Below the pieces are notes generated by a model that searched no databases, was not told the DNA's origin, and saw only the letters and a list, made by a program, of their open reading frames with translations. A DNA stretch of 64,000 nt from Sminthopsis crassicaudata (Eukaryota), in assembly GCF_048593235.1 (NCBI RefSeq), contig NC_133620.1, forward strand, positions 439,981,261 to 440,045,260, in the 5' to 3' direction. The translations under genes were made by a program, and so were the position numbers. Below are positions 24,102 through 37,470 of the stretch, piece after piece. Position 1 is the first letter of the stretch. Each line of letters opens with the position of its first letter.

Positions 24102-25154
24102 CTATGGATTCTGGGATTCATTGTTCCAATGTATAGTCTTATTGGCAAGTCAGGTCTCAAGACATGAGCACTTCAGACTCTGAGGATCCTCATCCCAGCG
24201 CCCATTCTCACTGGGAAGTTGAGTTCCCAGAACAAAGCTACTTTACCTTCCTTAGACTTATAGGGGTATCTCTTAAAAAGTTGGTATTTTTCTTTCTAAT
24301 TGGACAAAATACAGCTTTTGGTGTGTTTTCTCCAAAATCAGTTGCCAGTGATTATCAATTATCCCAGCATTATATAACCAATTAATATTAATTAACTCTT
24401 TCAAAAGAACGTTTATGGAAAAGGCACAAAAAAGAACCAAAATACAAACCCAGCTCTCCAATGTAGGTGTATAATATCTATATAACCTAGGTCCCTAGGG
24501 TAAACTGGCTCAAATGTAAAGAAACTGATCTAAATATATATCCTTCCAATGTGATGTCACTAAAATGAGAGAAGTCAATTCACTGCTGGACTGGATTAAG
24601 CAAGTCACTACTCAGCACCTTGCTGGCACCTCACCTGGCTCAGCTGCTACATATTCTGTTATAGATTCTAGTTTCTAGATCATTGAGGACTTTTAGATCT
24701 TTCAAAGCTCAGAAGGTCCCATCTTTGATCTCCAATACTTCTTCACATAAGACCAGGGAAAAAACAAATACAAAAAAACAAACAAACAAACAAACCCAGA
24801 AACTCTGAGTTCCTGGCCACATGTTAACCTGGGTAGATAGGCTAGAATAGGTATTTGAAGCAGGGAGCCACAGCTACCACTGCTGCTACCTCTCTATCCA
24901 CCCAGATGCTTACTGATTCTTTTAACACCAAGAAAGAGAGTGCGCAATTTATCGATGAGCACTCTCTGTATCATAAACAGTTATGACTCAGCATTCAGAA
25001 ACAATCACAGAATACCTGCACATTTTCTGACAAAGAGAGGAGGGTACTTCCATTACACTTCCACCCCTTACTTCCAGTCTTAGGATCATGAAACCTCCTC
25101 ATGTTGCATATATTCAGAGGATTGGATTCCCATTGACCAAACCTTGTTACAGAA

Positions 25155-27165
25155 TCAATAAATCAACTCATAAGCGCTTGTTAAGTATATAGTATGTGCC
25201 TTTCATTGTGCTAAACACTGGGGATGCAAAGTCTAAAATGAGAAAATTCTTGATCTCAAGAAACTCAAATGATAATATATATTCTAACAAAACGTACACA
25301 TATGAAAATAAATATATGCTGAATACAGGTAAATCAGTTAAGTGAATACATGAGAAATTTGGAGGCAAGGGTGAATTTGAGCTGAGCTTTGAGGGAAACA
25401 AGGGTTTACCTTGTAGGGGATCACCAAAAGAAGGCATGGAGAAAGGTGATGAAGCATAATGTGGGAGAACCACTGTAGGGCAGTATGGCTGAATTATAGG
25501 CTACATGGAGGAAAATAATATATAAGAAGATTAGAAGGGTAAGAAGAGACCAAGTTGTGAAGAGGTGTAAGTGCCAGGCAGGATTTTATATTTTATCCTA
25601 GGGATAAATAGGGAGTTAGTGGTATTTATTGAATAGGGATGAGTGACATGATAAGATCAGGGGTTTCAGAAAATTGGATTGGAGTATGGAGGAGGCACAA
25701 GATCAAAGAATGGCCCAGGAAAGAAGTGACAAGTAACTGAACTAGGATAGTCAGTTTTTGAGTAGATAGGAGAGATTTTGTGGAGGTAGAAATGGCCAGG
25801 TTTTTCAATTGATTAGTATGTGGGTTCAGGGAAAGTAAGAAGTGGATGACAGAATGTGTAGGCTTGGATGATTAGAAAAGTGGGGGTGACCTCAGTGATA
25901 ATAGGGAAGTTTTGAAGGGGAGAAGATTTTGGGAGAATAGTAATGAGTTCTATTTGGGATATGCTGATTTTTGAGATACCTTTGAGATACATGTTTAAAA
26001 AGGAGATCATGATGAAAGACAGGAACACAGAAGAAATGCTAGAGGAGTATATATATACATACTTATATACACATAGAAAGTCATGTATGCACATATGTAT
26101 CAGCAGATATACAACACTCACAATACACATATGATATGTATGTGCATACATGTAACATATATAGTATTGTACATATGTGTAATATATAAATAGACATAGA
26201 TAATACATATATTGTGTGTATATATTGAATAATAGATGTGTTGCATTATATATACAATATGCATATGTATACAATATATGTGTTGAATATATATTATACA
26301 ACATATTGTATACATACAATATATATGTAAGTATGCATACATACAATATGTTCATATGTATATGTACAATATATTTTATATATGTAATACAGTGTAGAAA
26401 TATTGTATATGTGTGTATATATGCATATATGCAATATGTATGTGTTGTGTATATATTGTAGAATATATCATATTGTATATAAAATATATGTTATGTATAT
26501 GTAGCATATGGTATATATTATATATATACTATATGTGTGTATATATTTACATAATATGTATGTATTATGTATATANNNNNNNNNNNNNNNNNNNNNNNNN
26601 NNNNNNNNNNNNNNNNNNNNNNNNNNNNNNNNNNNNNNNNNNNNNNNNNNNNNNNNNNNNNNNNNNNNNNNNNNNNNNNNNNNNNNNNNNNNNNNNNNNN
26701 NNNNNNNNNNNNNNNNNNNNNNNNNATCTTCCTAGAAACAGTAGCTGAATGCATTGGAAGTAATGAGGTCAACAAGTGAGAACATATAGAGAGAAAAGAG
26801 TAGAGGGCTTGGGGCAGAGTGAGTGGATAAGCACAACATGGATGATGATTCAGAAAAGGAGAGAAGAAAGTGATCAAATAAGGAGGGAAACTAGGAAAGA
26901 GTTGTACCACAAAAACCAGAGAGGGGAGAATATCCAGGAGGAAAACACATCCAGTAGTATCAAATGCTGCAGAGAGGTCAAGCAAGATGAAGACTGTGAA
27001 GAAATCGTGTTATTGGAAAAATAAGAGATCACAGATAACTTTAGAGAAAATCGTTTCAATTGAGTGATAAGGTCAGAAGCCAGATTGCAGACGTTTGAAA
27101 AGAGGGAGTGAGAGGAGAGAAAGGAAAAGCATTGAGAGTAGATACATTTTTCAAGGAGTTTGACT
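25155..27165 (-). mobile_element. L2 fragment interrupted by AT-rich low-complexity sequence (26046-26575) and a gap (26576-26725)
   Basis: Reverse-complemented L2 tail at 25155. The minus-strand translation MLDLSAAFDT at 26985 matches the L2 RT motif LDLSAAFDT. Confidence 0.85.
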
Positions 27166-27639
27166 CTATTATTTATTGTTTAGTTGTTTTTCAGTCATGT
27201 TCCATTCTTCATGACCCCATTTGGGGTTTTCTTGGCAGAGATACTGGAGTGGTTTGCCATTTCCTTCTCCAGCACATTTTACATGTGAAGAAACTGAGGC
27301 AGACAAGATTAAGCCCAAGGTCACACAGCTAAATATGAACTCGGGAAGATGAGTCTTCTTGACTCCAGACCCAGAACTTTGTCCACTGTGCTACATATTA
27401 TAATCCTGTCATTCAGTCTGTCAGATTACCACACACTAGAGAGATATTGCCAACTTGTGCTAACAATTGAGTCATAGTAACATAAACTAGTACTTCTATA
27501 ATGTTTGAAGGTTTGCAAAGAACTTAAAAATACTGTCCCATAACAACACTGAGAAGTAGATGCTATCTTAATTTTATAGATGAGTAAACTGAGTCAGAAA
27601 TACAATAAATGACAGAGCTAGTAAATGCCGGAGATAAAA

Positions 27640-28915
27640 TTTGTCTTTTAAAATTTATTTTGTTTTTAGATTATACATGTACATTCATTTTTTTATACAT
27701 TTCCATTATGAGTCATGTTGGGAAAAAAAAATCAGAACAAAAGGGGGAAACCACAACAAAAGAAAAAAAAGAAGAAAAAAGGTAAAAATGATATGCTTCA
27801 GTGCTCATTCAATTTTCATAATTCTCTCTTTGATGCATATGCCATTTTCCAATCCAACTCTATTGGAATTCCCTTGGATCACTGAATTACTGAGAAGAGC
27901 TAAGTCTATCACAGTTGGTCATCACACAATCTTGGTATTGCTATGTACAATATTTTCCTGGCTCTGCTCACTTCATTAAGGTAAAATTTATACTCAAATC
28001 TTCCTGGCCCCAAGGTCAGAGCTCTAGTTAGGGCACTGAGTAAGGACCATCAAAAAGGAGTAATCTTCCTGGTGGAAAAAAAGAATGTGTTCTACATTGA
28101 ATAAACCATATTTGATGATGGGTTCAGTCCAAAGTTCCCCAGAGAACCAATGTAGATAGTGTGATAAGTTAGGAAATGGAGTATGCAGCTACAGTTCCAA
28201 AAAGTTAGGGGGAGTAAGCTCCAATGGAGGTTACCAATGAAAAATCTTGCACAGGGTTAGATGTTGGAGAAAGCATGACTTACTCTTGTGTGCCACTCTC
28301 AGTAAAGGCAACTTAAAAAATTAATAGTATTTTATTTTTCCAAATACATACACAAATAATTTTCAACATTTACCTTTGCAAAACCTTGTGTTCCAAATTT
28401 TCCTCCCTCCTTCTCCTTCTTCCCCCTCCTCTAGACAGCAAGCAATCTGATATAGGTTACACATGTGCAATTCTTCTAAACATATTTCCATATTTATCAT
28501 GTTGTGCAAGAAAAATCAGATCAAAAAGAAAAAAACACAAGAAAGAAAAAATGAACAAACAAACAACAACAAGGTGAAAATATGATCCACTTTCAATCTC
28601 TATAGTTCTCTCTCTAGATACGAATGGCTCTTTCTATCATAAATCTATTAGAATTGCCTTGAATCACCACATTGTTGAGAAGAGCTAAATCCATCACAGT
28701 TGATCATCACATAATCTTCTTGTTACTGTGTACAATGCTCTCTTGATTCTGTTCATTTCACTCAACATCAGTTCATGTCCGTCTCTCCAGGCCTCTCTGA
28801 AATCATCCTCCTGATTGTTTCTTATAGAACAATGATATTCTATACATTCATATACCATAACTTATTCAGCCATTCCCCAATTGATGGGCATCCCCTCAAT
28901 TTCCCATTCCTTAAT
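27640..28915 (-). mobile_element. Two L1 3' fragments (about 27640-27975 and 28315-28915)
   Basis: Marsupial L1 3'UTR and ORF2-end sequence (catcacagttgatcatcac; ttattcagccattccccaattgatggg). Confidence 0.8.
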
Positions 28916-30962
28916 ACAACTTTTTGAAAGACCTTTAAGGGTTTTTTTTTAATGGTATGCCAACCTCCTACCTCCTCCTCCTGCCCTCAGGAATGTGTCA
29001 TTTGCATTATCACCAGATTAAACATCTTATTTTTTTTGTTAACCAGGATGTTGGGAGACATTTAGTAAAATGTTTTGAGGGAATTTCAAGTTGTCTTTGT
29101 CAGAAAAAAATTACTGAGAACAGAGACTTTTTTTTCTTTCTTTGAATCCTCTAAATCTACCTCAGTGCTAACATATAGCAGATACTTGATAAATACTTGT
29201 TGGATTAATTCATTGATACTCAAAAGTTATTTTATCATGCCCCAGGTCTGATGAGTAGAACATGTTGAAAGCACTTAAGTATATGTTCTCTTTATATCTT
29301 CTCATGTTTCTTTAGTTTTACTATAAAATATAAAAAAAATCCTTTCATATGGCATTTATATCTCTTCATAACTTAGCCCCCTCTTGCCTTTCTAATTATC
29401 TTTTAAGTTGCTTCCCTCCAGGTAGCCCACACTTTGATTCTCCCACATTGTTTCATCATCTTTCTACATGCTTTTTGGTCTGGGGATCCCTTATGCCATT
29501 ATTTCTTCAAAGCTCAACTCAAGTCTACTTACTCTATACTCTATAAAGCATTTGTTTTGATAAGAAAGGACCAGCTTCTGGAGAGCTTTAAGATTCAAAG
29601 AACTTAGCATACTTCTTGAACTGGGTATACTACAGATATCTTTCTCTTTGATAGAAAAAGGCAAAATAATTTTGTAATCTGTCTTCACTATATCTTCTAT
29701 TATCTTATTGCTGTTTGTTTTTTCATTCTCTAAGAGGATTGACATCAGGAGGTGATACCATGACATGCAAATGAATTGGATTGAAGTGAGGGAGGGCTGT
29801 GCAAGGTCACCTGCTTCACTTTCCCCTCCAGAGCCATCTGGGTCCAATGTCCAGACATAGATCAGGAAGTCTCCTATCATCTATGCAAAATTATGACCCT
29901 TTCTCTTCTATAATCTCCCTCCTCCATAGCATAGCTAAAATGACCTTTTAAAATTATCTTTAGTATCAATAATTAAGTCTCCTTGTGTTTGGAGCTTCAG
30001 TGTCCTGGTCATTATTTTTATAGATCTGTGTAATCCTTTTATATTCTAGATTACCTGTATCCTAAAATTACTTTCATTTTTTGTTTGCTCTTTTAAGATC
30101 TCAGTTGGTCCATGAGTTCCCTGGGTAACCATGGAGATTTCTTTAAATGGTTCTGCCCCTTTTTAAACTCACCCAGGATCATTAATTTAGACCCAGACCA
30201 GATCTTTGAAGGATTCCTGTCAGTTAGTGTCATTATATAGATAAGGAAATAAATTGCAGATCAAGGTCACACAGTTTACATGTGACAGAGCTGGAATTTG
30301 AAGCAATGTAGCCCAACAAGTTACCACTATTCTATAACTGCTTCTCATCCCTTTACTACATAAAAGCCTTCCAACATTTGGATTGCTATCATGTCCCATC
30401 TACCATTTTCTCTTACAAATCACAGATGTTTGTAATAATCCTTTCATGAATAATTCCTTTCCGGATTCCTTACTATTCCCCAATATTCCTCTGAGCTCTT
30501 AGAAATTTAAAGTCAGCTTTAATCGTGTGATGTTTCTAAGCCTGGTTGTCAAGAGATTTGGATTCAAGGGCCAATTCTGACACTAATTTACATGTGATTT
30601 GGGGCAAGTCAGTTTATATGCATGAATCTTGGGTTCCTCTTCTGTTAAATGGGAGCAGTTGGAGCACAGAATTGCTAAGAACCTAACATCCTGTGATCAA
30701 TAGCCCACTTCCCAGAGAGGCAGTGGGATTGAAATTGCAGTTGAAGAGAAAAGACCTGAGTTTCTATGAGTACTGAGCTATTTTTGCCCTTGTAATTGTG
30801 GGCAGATCACTCACCTCTCTAGATTTCCAGCTCCCTCGTCCATGAAATGAAGGAGGTGCACTTGGTGGTCTCCCTTCCAGCTCTAAAGGCTGGGTCTTAA
30901 GAAAGGCTGCCTTGGCTCTTTGTGTGGAAATGATACTTATTTCTGCTGGAATCTGGAAGAGC

Positions 30963-30978
30963 CCACGAGGGGGCAGCA
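30963..30978 (+). promoter_or_regulatory. Candidate CTCF site
   Basis: CCACGAGGGGGCAGCA closely matches the CTCF core CCASYAGRKGGCRS, lies in non-repeat sequence and retains a CpG. Confidence 0.55.
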
Positions 30979-31284
30979 GAGACTAGCAATGCCATCTAAC
31001 AGCAAAGGGGTGCCAGGGAAGGAAATTGGAACCGAGACCATAAAGCCAGGTGTTCTTGTCTTGGAACAGGAGACGGTTAACTGTGTGTCACTGTGCAATA
31101 ACTTGTACCAATAATCTCAAAATTGCTCTACAGATAAAATCTAATTTAATTGGGGAAGTCTAACCTACACAAGGGAAAATTCAGGTGAGGACATGTGAGT
31201 TCTGCTCAAGCGTTTGAAGGGATGACCTGCAGAAGAAAGATTAAGCTTCTTCTCCTGAGGGCATAGCTGGAAGAAATCTGTGGA

Positions 31285-33082
31285 AGTCAGTCAATCAACG
31301 CGCATTTATTAAGCACCTTCTATGTGTCAGGCACTGGGCTAATCACTGAGGATAGAAAAACAGGCAAAAACAATCCCTGCTCTTAATGAGCTCACACACA
31401 GACTAATGGGGGAGACAACATGAAAACATCTATGTACAAACAAGTTAAAAACTGAATAAATTGGAGTTAATCAAGAAAGGGAAAGCACTAGTCTTAATTA
31501 GGGGATCAGGGAAGACTTCTTGCAGAAGGGTGACTTCACACGCGCTTGAGAGAAGTTAGGCAAGTTGGGAAGCAGAAATGAGGAGGGAGAGTGTTCCAGG
31601 TATGGGGGGCAACCAGTGGAAATGCATGGAACCTGGAGAGGGAGTGTCCCATGTGGCAGTGTCTCTGGATTGCAGAGGAAATGGAGGGGAAGAAGGTATA
31701 AAAAGACAGGAAGGGTCCAAATTCTGGAGGGCTTTCAAACCAAAGAGCCTTCTGGACATCTTGAACTGGGTGTGTCACAGACATCTCAAACTCATCATGT
31801 CCAAAACTGAGCTCATCATTTACCCCCCTCAAACCTCCCTCTTCTTCTCTTTCCTATTACTGTGGAGGAACAAATGTGAGTTTTCCTAATGACTTAAGTT
31901 CATTATCTAAATTTTATTCTCTCCTAATCCACCTTATCCTCATAGTTAATCTGTTATAAGACCCTCTCTTAGCAACATAAATGCTTACTTCTCTCCTCTG
32001 ATACAACTACCATCTTGGTGAGAGTCTTCTTTCTCCCAGGAAGGTAGAGTTAACAGGAGCTAGCAACAGACTGGATATGGGAAGTGGGAGGGGAGAGACT
32101 AAGAGACAAGCAGAGACAGAGACAGAAAGACAGAGACAGACATAAGTAGACAGAGACAGGAGACAGACAGAAAGATAAGAGAAAGAGACACAATGCGAAA
32201 CAGAGAGACAGAAAGACAGATAAAGACACATAGAAATACAAGAGACAGAGACACATACAAAAACAGGCAGAGAAAAAGACATAGACAGAAAAGAGACAGA
32301 CATAGAGAAAAACCAACAGATACAGACAGAAAGACAAGAGACAGAGACACACAGAGAAAATGACAGAGAGAGATAGAAAAATAGAGACAGTGACAGACAG
32401 AAATATGAGAGACAGAGATAAGAGAGAGAAACAGAGACAAAAAGAGACAGATACGAGAGATAGATAGGGACACAGAGAGACAGATAGAGACAGAAAGAGA
32501 GAGACATACAGAAATACAAGAGACAGAAAAACAGACAGAGAAACAAAGACAGAGACATTCAGAAAGACAAGGGACAGAGAGGCAGAGAAAAAGTTAAAAA
32601 TAATGCCTAGATAATGAGTCAAGAGGGGAAATGACAAGTTTTAGATATGATGAGTTTAATATATCTGTGACATATCCAGTTCAAGATGTCCAATAAGCTC
32701 TTTGGCTTTTAAAGCCCTCCAGAACCTGGATCCTTCCTGTCTTCTTATACCTTATTCCCCTCCATTTCCTCTGAAATCCAGTGACACTGACCTCCTTGCT
32801 GTTCTTCACGTGGGACACTCCCTCTCCAAGTTCCAACCAGTTTTCACTGCTTGTCCCTCATACCTGGAACACTCTCCCTCCTTATTTCTACTTCCTGACT
32901 TCCCTAGCTTCTCTCAAGTCTTATATAAAGTCACACCTGAAAAAACTTTTCTCAATCCTTAAACTTGTTGCTTTCAATCTGAGACTACTTCCAGTTAGCC
33001 TCCATTGGACTGTGGGCTCCTTGAGAGCAAAGTGTTCTGGTTTTTCTTTGTATCCCTAGAACTTAGCACAATACCTAACATA
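31285..33082. mobile_element. L2-derived inverted duplication (arms about 31530-31830 and 32625-32940)
   Basis: The right arm is the reverse complement of the left arm, and both contain the same chimeric junction ccaaagag|c-t--tggacatcttgaactgg. Confidence 0.85.
32093..32592. repeat. Degenerate (GACA/GAGA)n purine-rich low-complexity tract
   Basis: Seen directly; it explains the S/L/C/V-rich pseudo-ORFs in the track. Confidence 0.92.
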
Positions 33083-36000
33083 NNNNNNNNNNNNNNNNNN
33101 NNNNNNNNNNNNNNNNNNNNNNNNNNNNNNNNNNNNNNNNNNNNNNNNNNNNNNNNNNNNNNNNNNNNNNNNNNNNNNNNNNNNNNNNNNNNNNNNNNNN
33201 NNNNNNNNNNNNNNNNNNNNNNNNNNNNNNNNNNNNNNNNNNNNNNNNNNNNNNNNNNNNNNNNNNNNNNNNNNNNNNNNNNNNNNNNNNNNNNNNNNNN
33301 NNNNNNNNNNNNNNNNNNNNNNNNNNNNNNNNNNNNNNNNNNNNNNNNNNNNNNNNAAATACTTCCTAACAAATAGAATTGTCAAGAAGTGAAATAAGCT
33401 GCCTCAGGAGATGATGGGGTCCTCAACATTAGACTTCTTCAAGTAAAAGCTACAGCTGGTAGAGGGAGTTCCTATTCAAGCAGAGATGAATGAGGTACCT
33501 TCTGATGTCCTTTTTAACTCAGAAATTCTATCACTACACCTTTATGCATCGGACAGAAAAGATCAGTGATAATTGATGATAATGATGATTATAGTAATGC
33601 CCTATACATATACAGCACTTTGGAGCTAGTAAATCACCTTCATAACTATTCTTTCATTTGATCTCATCCATCTATTTATCTATCTATCCATCTATCTATG
33701 CTAGAGCATATTTCCCAAATAATGAAACTGCCTCAAACAGACCAAACAGATTGACCTGAAAGACTTAAGGAAGAAAGGCCCATTTATAGTTGAGAATGTG
33801 GCACTACACCCAATTTGGAAGGGGGAAAATATTAATAAAAGGAACTAACAAAAGTGCCATTTATTGACATGCAAAGAGTGTTATAAATATTATCTCATTT
33901 TGGTCTCACAATAATTCTGGGAGGTAAGTGCTAATATTATCATCTCCATAGAGGAAACTGAGATGAACAAAGGTTGGATACATAGGTAGGATTACCTAGC
34001 TTATAAGTATTTGGAGCAGAATTTCAACTCAGATCATCCTGATTCCAGATTTAACTCTGTATTCAAAGTGCCATCTAAGAGGAATAGATGGAGCCAAGTT
34101 TCAAGGTCAGGGTGGGGGGAAAGAATCTATTTTGGAAATGAGAGAGAGCCTACATAAGTAACTAAAGATAGAGGAGGACAAAATGGGGTGGTGATAATAA
34201 TATTAGCGTGCATGTATATAAACCCTTTTAAGGTTTACAAATCATTTTACAATTTCCAAAGTGCTTTACATGTATTATTTCGCTGGATCCAGCACCTGAA
34301 ATGTGAACAGTAGAAAGCCTATTTAATTGGAGCTTAGAGTTTGTGAAAGAGAATACCAAGAAATAAAGCAGAAAAAGATGTGATAGAGTCACCATTTACT
34401 TTTTTCTGCTCCCTACAATTTCTGGCATACTCTCTCCCAAACTGCCTTGTATTTTATGATTTTGTGCGGGTTTTTTTTATTGTGTTTATAGATATTCTAC
34501 ATAAACTTGTACATGTATTTGAATCTCTTACTAGCTTAGAACTTACTCGTGAATAGGAATAATATCATTTGTTGTTTTTATATCCTTGGCACACAGTAGG
34601 TGCTTAACAAATGCTTCTTGTTGTTTCATCCTCCATTTTCAAAGAGGATGTGAGGACATCACAGAATATTTTGGCCTGTGTGATGTCTTGATCTATGTGT
34701 GAATTTGGATTTAAATGAGGCAGATTGCACCAAGTCATTAGTTTCATTCTCTTCCAGAATCTTTGAAGTCCAGGAACAGGACAAAAGTCAAAATGACAGG
34801 TGATGGATTAGGATCCAGTAGATGACTTTGACATCTCCAATGACTGACCAAAATTCTAAACTCTTCAGCGCACTTATTGACAATAAATGAGTGAATAAAT
34901 AAGTAATAAATGTTTATTGATTGATTGACTGATTGATGTAAGAAATGGACCAAATCTGATTTGCCATCAATTATCCAAAGGGCAAAAGAGATTTTCCTCC
35001 TTTCCCCTCTTTCCAGCTGTGCTTTTATGGACAGGAGAGGAAAGAAATTTTTGTGGTAAATCTTGTACTCTAAACCAAAGCTTCTTAAACAATGGTGGTA
35101 CCCCCACATAAGGCCATTTAACTGAATGTGGGGAATTGCAAAATTGTGATTTATTATCAGTAAAATTTTAATTTATATACCTCTTTTATATACCTATATA
35201 CTCAGGGTCGCATAAAATTTCTCAGGCAAAAAGAGGTCACAAATGGAAAAAGTTTAAAAAGCCCTGCTAGACCTATATAGACTATAGTTTAATGGACAGT
35301 ATTTTGGACTGGAAGTCAAAGAGACTGGGAATTTGAATCCCATCTTAGATGTTTCCTAACTGGGTGAACTTAGACAAGTCATTTATCTTATCTGAGTCTC
35401 CATTTCATGATTTTGGACTAAACAATCTTTAAAGTTTCTTCCAGCTCTTGCTATATGAAGCTATATGAAGAAATGAGTGGAGAATTCTGGGATGGTAAGG
35501 AAGCTTGAAGGGAGCAAAACACTTTGATGAACAAAAGACACTATACTAGAAGGAAGAAGGGTCTAAAAGCAAAGCAGGACCACATGTGCTATCACCTCTC
35601 CTCACCAGTTCCCATGGGAAATTAATTTCATGTTGAGTTGCTCTATTTAAAAACTCTGACTGAAGTGTCTTTGGGAGGTAAACAATTGGAATGGCTCCAG
35701 GACCATCCTAAGGCATTTAGAGCTGCCAAAGGCTGACCTGACCTAAATTGGGGGGAGTGGGAAGGAGACTAGGGAATACCAGCCTCTGTTCCACTCCCTG
35801 GCAGCCTGGCTGACTGCCACATTAAGATACCAGCCTGAGCCTTGTGGTTTTTGCAGCAGCTGGCAGGCTGCCCCCCAGCCAGAGGGGATGCTTGCTATCA
35901 GCATGTTGTTCATTAGGAAGCATCTTCTGAATGCGATGATCCAAGTACTCTTTCAAAGGAGACTTAAGAGAGCCAGAGTACTTGAATGGAATCCTGATGC

Positions 36001-36754
36001 CCATGTGAAATGGGTCTGCTGCTGGCATGAGGCATTCAAAGAGTTCAGGGAAGAAGGATGTGGAGGAACTGGGCTTGAGGGACTTGATTATTAATTATTA
36101 TTATTAAGAAGCCACATTTTAGGAAGGACACTGATAATCCAGAACATATTCTGAGGATGGGGGGAAGATGGGAAACCATGCTGTGGGATTGTCATTCAGT
36201 ATCACGGTAGATGATTCTTGATTTTCAGGAAGGAATCCAGCTTTCCTTCTTACCAGCTGAGTGATGTATAAGTTCTATGGACCCTACATTTTTCATTTGT
36301 AGAATGACCTTTAATGTTGCTTCCAGCTTTAAATCCATGGTACTATGAAATGAAGATATTTTAGTCTAGAAAAGACTTCATGAGGTAACTAAGTGGTACA
36401 CCAGTTAGAGCAATAGGCCTGGAATCAAATTCTGTCTCAGACACTTCCAGTCTTATATGACTCTGAGCCAGTGACTTCCTATCTTTCTGCCTCAGTTTCC
36501 TTAACTGTAAAAATTGGGAATAATAATAGTACCTACTTCACAGAGTTGTAAGAATCAAATAAGTAATTAGCACAATGCATGGAGCAAAGCATAAGCTTCA
36601 TAAATATTTGTTCATTTCTCCCTTCAAGTATCAGAAGGGCTGAGACAGCAAAGAAATCTGAGACCTATTCTTTAGACCCAAGAACAGAAGTTGAAAAGAG
36701 GAAAATTTTTGGTTCAGTATAAAGAAAAACTTCCTACCAAATAGGACCAGCTAG

Positions 36755-36985
36755 GGACTGTGGTGGGTAGAGTACCTGGTCTGAAATTGAGAATATTTGA
36801 GTATAAATCTGACCTCAGATACTTACTAGCTGTGTGACCCTGGTCAAGTCATTTAACTCTGCCTCAGTTTCCTCATCTGATAAATGAGACAGAGAAGGAA
36901 ACGGCAAAACATTCCAGTATCTCTGCCAAGAAAACCCCAAACGGAGTCATAAAGAGTAGGACATGACTAAAATAATTCAGCAATA
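36755..36985 (+). mobile_element. MAR1-type CORE-SINE (representative copy)
   Basis: tRNA-like head, CORE (ctgtgtgaccctggtcaagtcattt...cctcagtttcctcatctg) and RTE-derived tail (tatctctgccaagaaaacccc). Other copies at about 8535-8700, 27175-27390, 40120-40340, 40660-40870, 42590-42800, 43410-43630, 44710-44920, 52440-52680, 56792-57020, 61365-61610 and 62780-63015. Confidence 0.85.
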
Positions 36986-37239
36986 TTGAATAGAGTCACC
37001 TGAAAGTGAAATGGGCTATCTTGTAATTATTAGATTCTCCATTCCTAGTGGTCCTCAAGCGGAGGCTGCACTGCCACTTGTGGGAGATATTATAGGACCT
37101 CTGCTCAGATACAGATCTCCTGTAGTCCTTTCTAATGCTCATACAAAGGACACTAGCTCCAGCAGGAGAATAAGTAGAATCCATTAATCAGAGGATGTCC
37201 ATCAATGATCAGACTATACCTTAGATTAATTTTGTGTTC

Positions 37240-37470
37240 TTTGCTGGCATATCAGTTAAATATACAAACTATTAGGTTGAAAATAGCCTTCTTGGAGTGC
37301 ACGTGTTTAACCTTTAACAGATTGCTTGCTGTCTTGTGGGGTGGAAAGAGAAAGAGAAAAATTTTAAATATGAGGTCTTGCAAAAGTGAATGTTGAAAAC
37401 TATCTTTGCATGTATTTGGGAAAATAAAATATTATTAAAAATGAAAAAAAGAAAACAAAGAAACAAAAAA
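37240..37470 (+). mobile_element. L1 3'UTR fragment with A tail
   Basis: gcaaaagtgaatgttgaaaactatctttgcatgtatttgggaaaataaaat followed by an A-rich tail. Similar fragments at about 55810-55960 and 49600-50105. Confidence 0.8.

Noticed and set aside
24540-24800. Unique stretch followed by an A-rich (CAAA)n tail, suggestive of a retrocopy
   Set aside because: No TSD, poly(A) signal or recognisable coding similarity was found.
25813-26461. Y/I/C/M-rich ORFs, also at 17864-18165
   Set aside because: Translation of TA/TG microsatellite-like sequence.
32007-32637. 183-195-aa ORFs rich in S, L, C and V
   Set aside because: Translation of a low-complexity GACA/GAGA tract.
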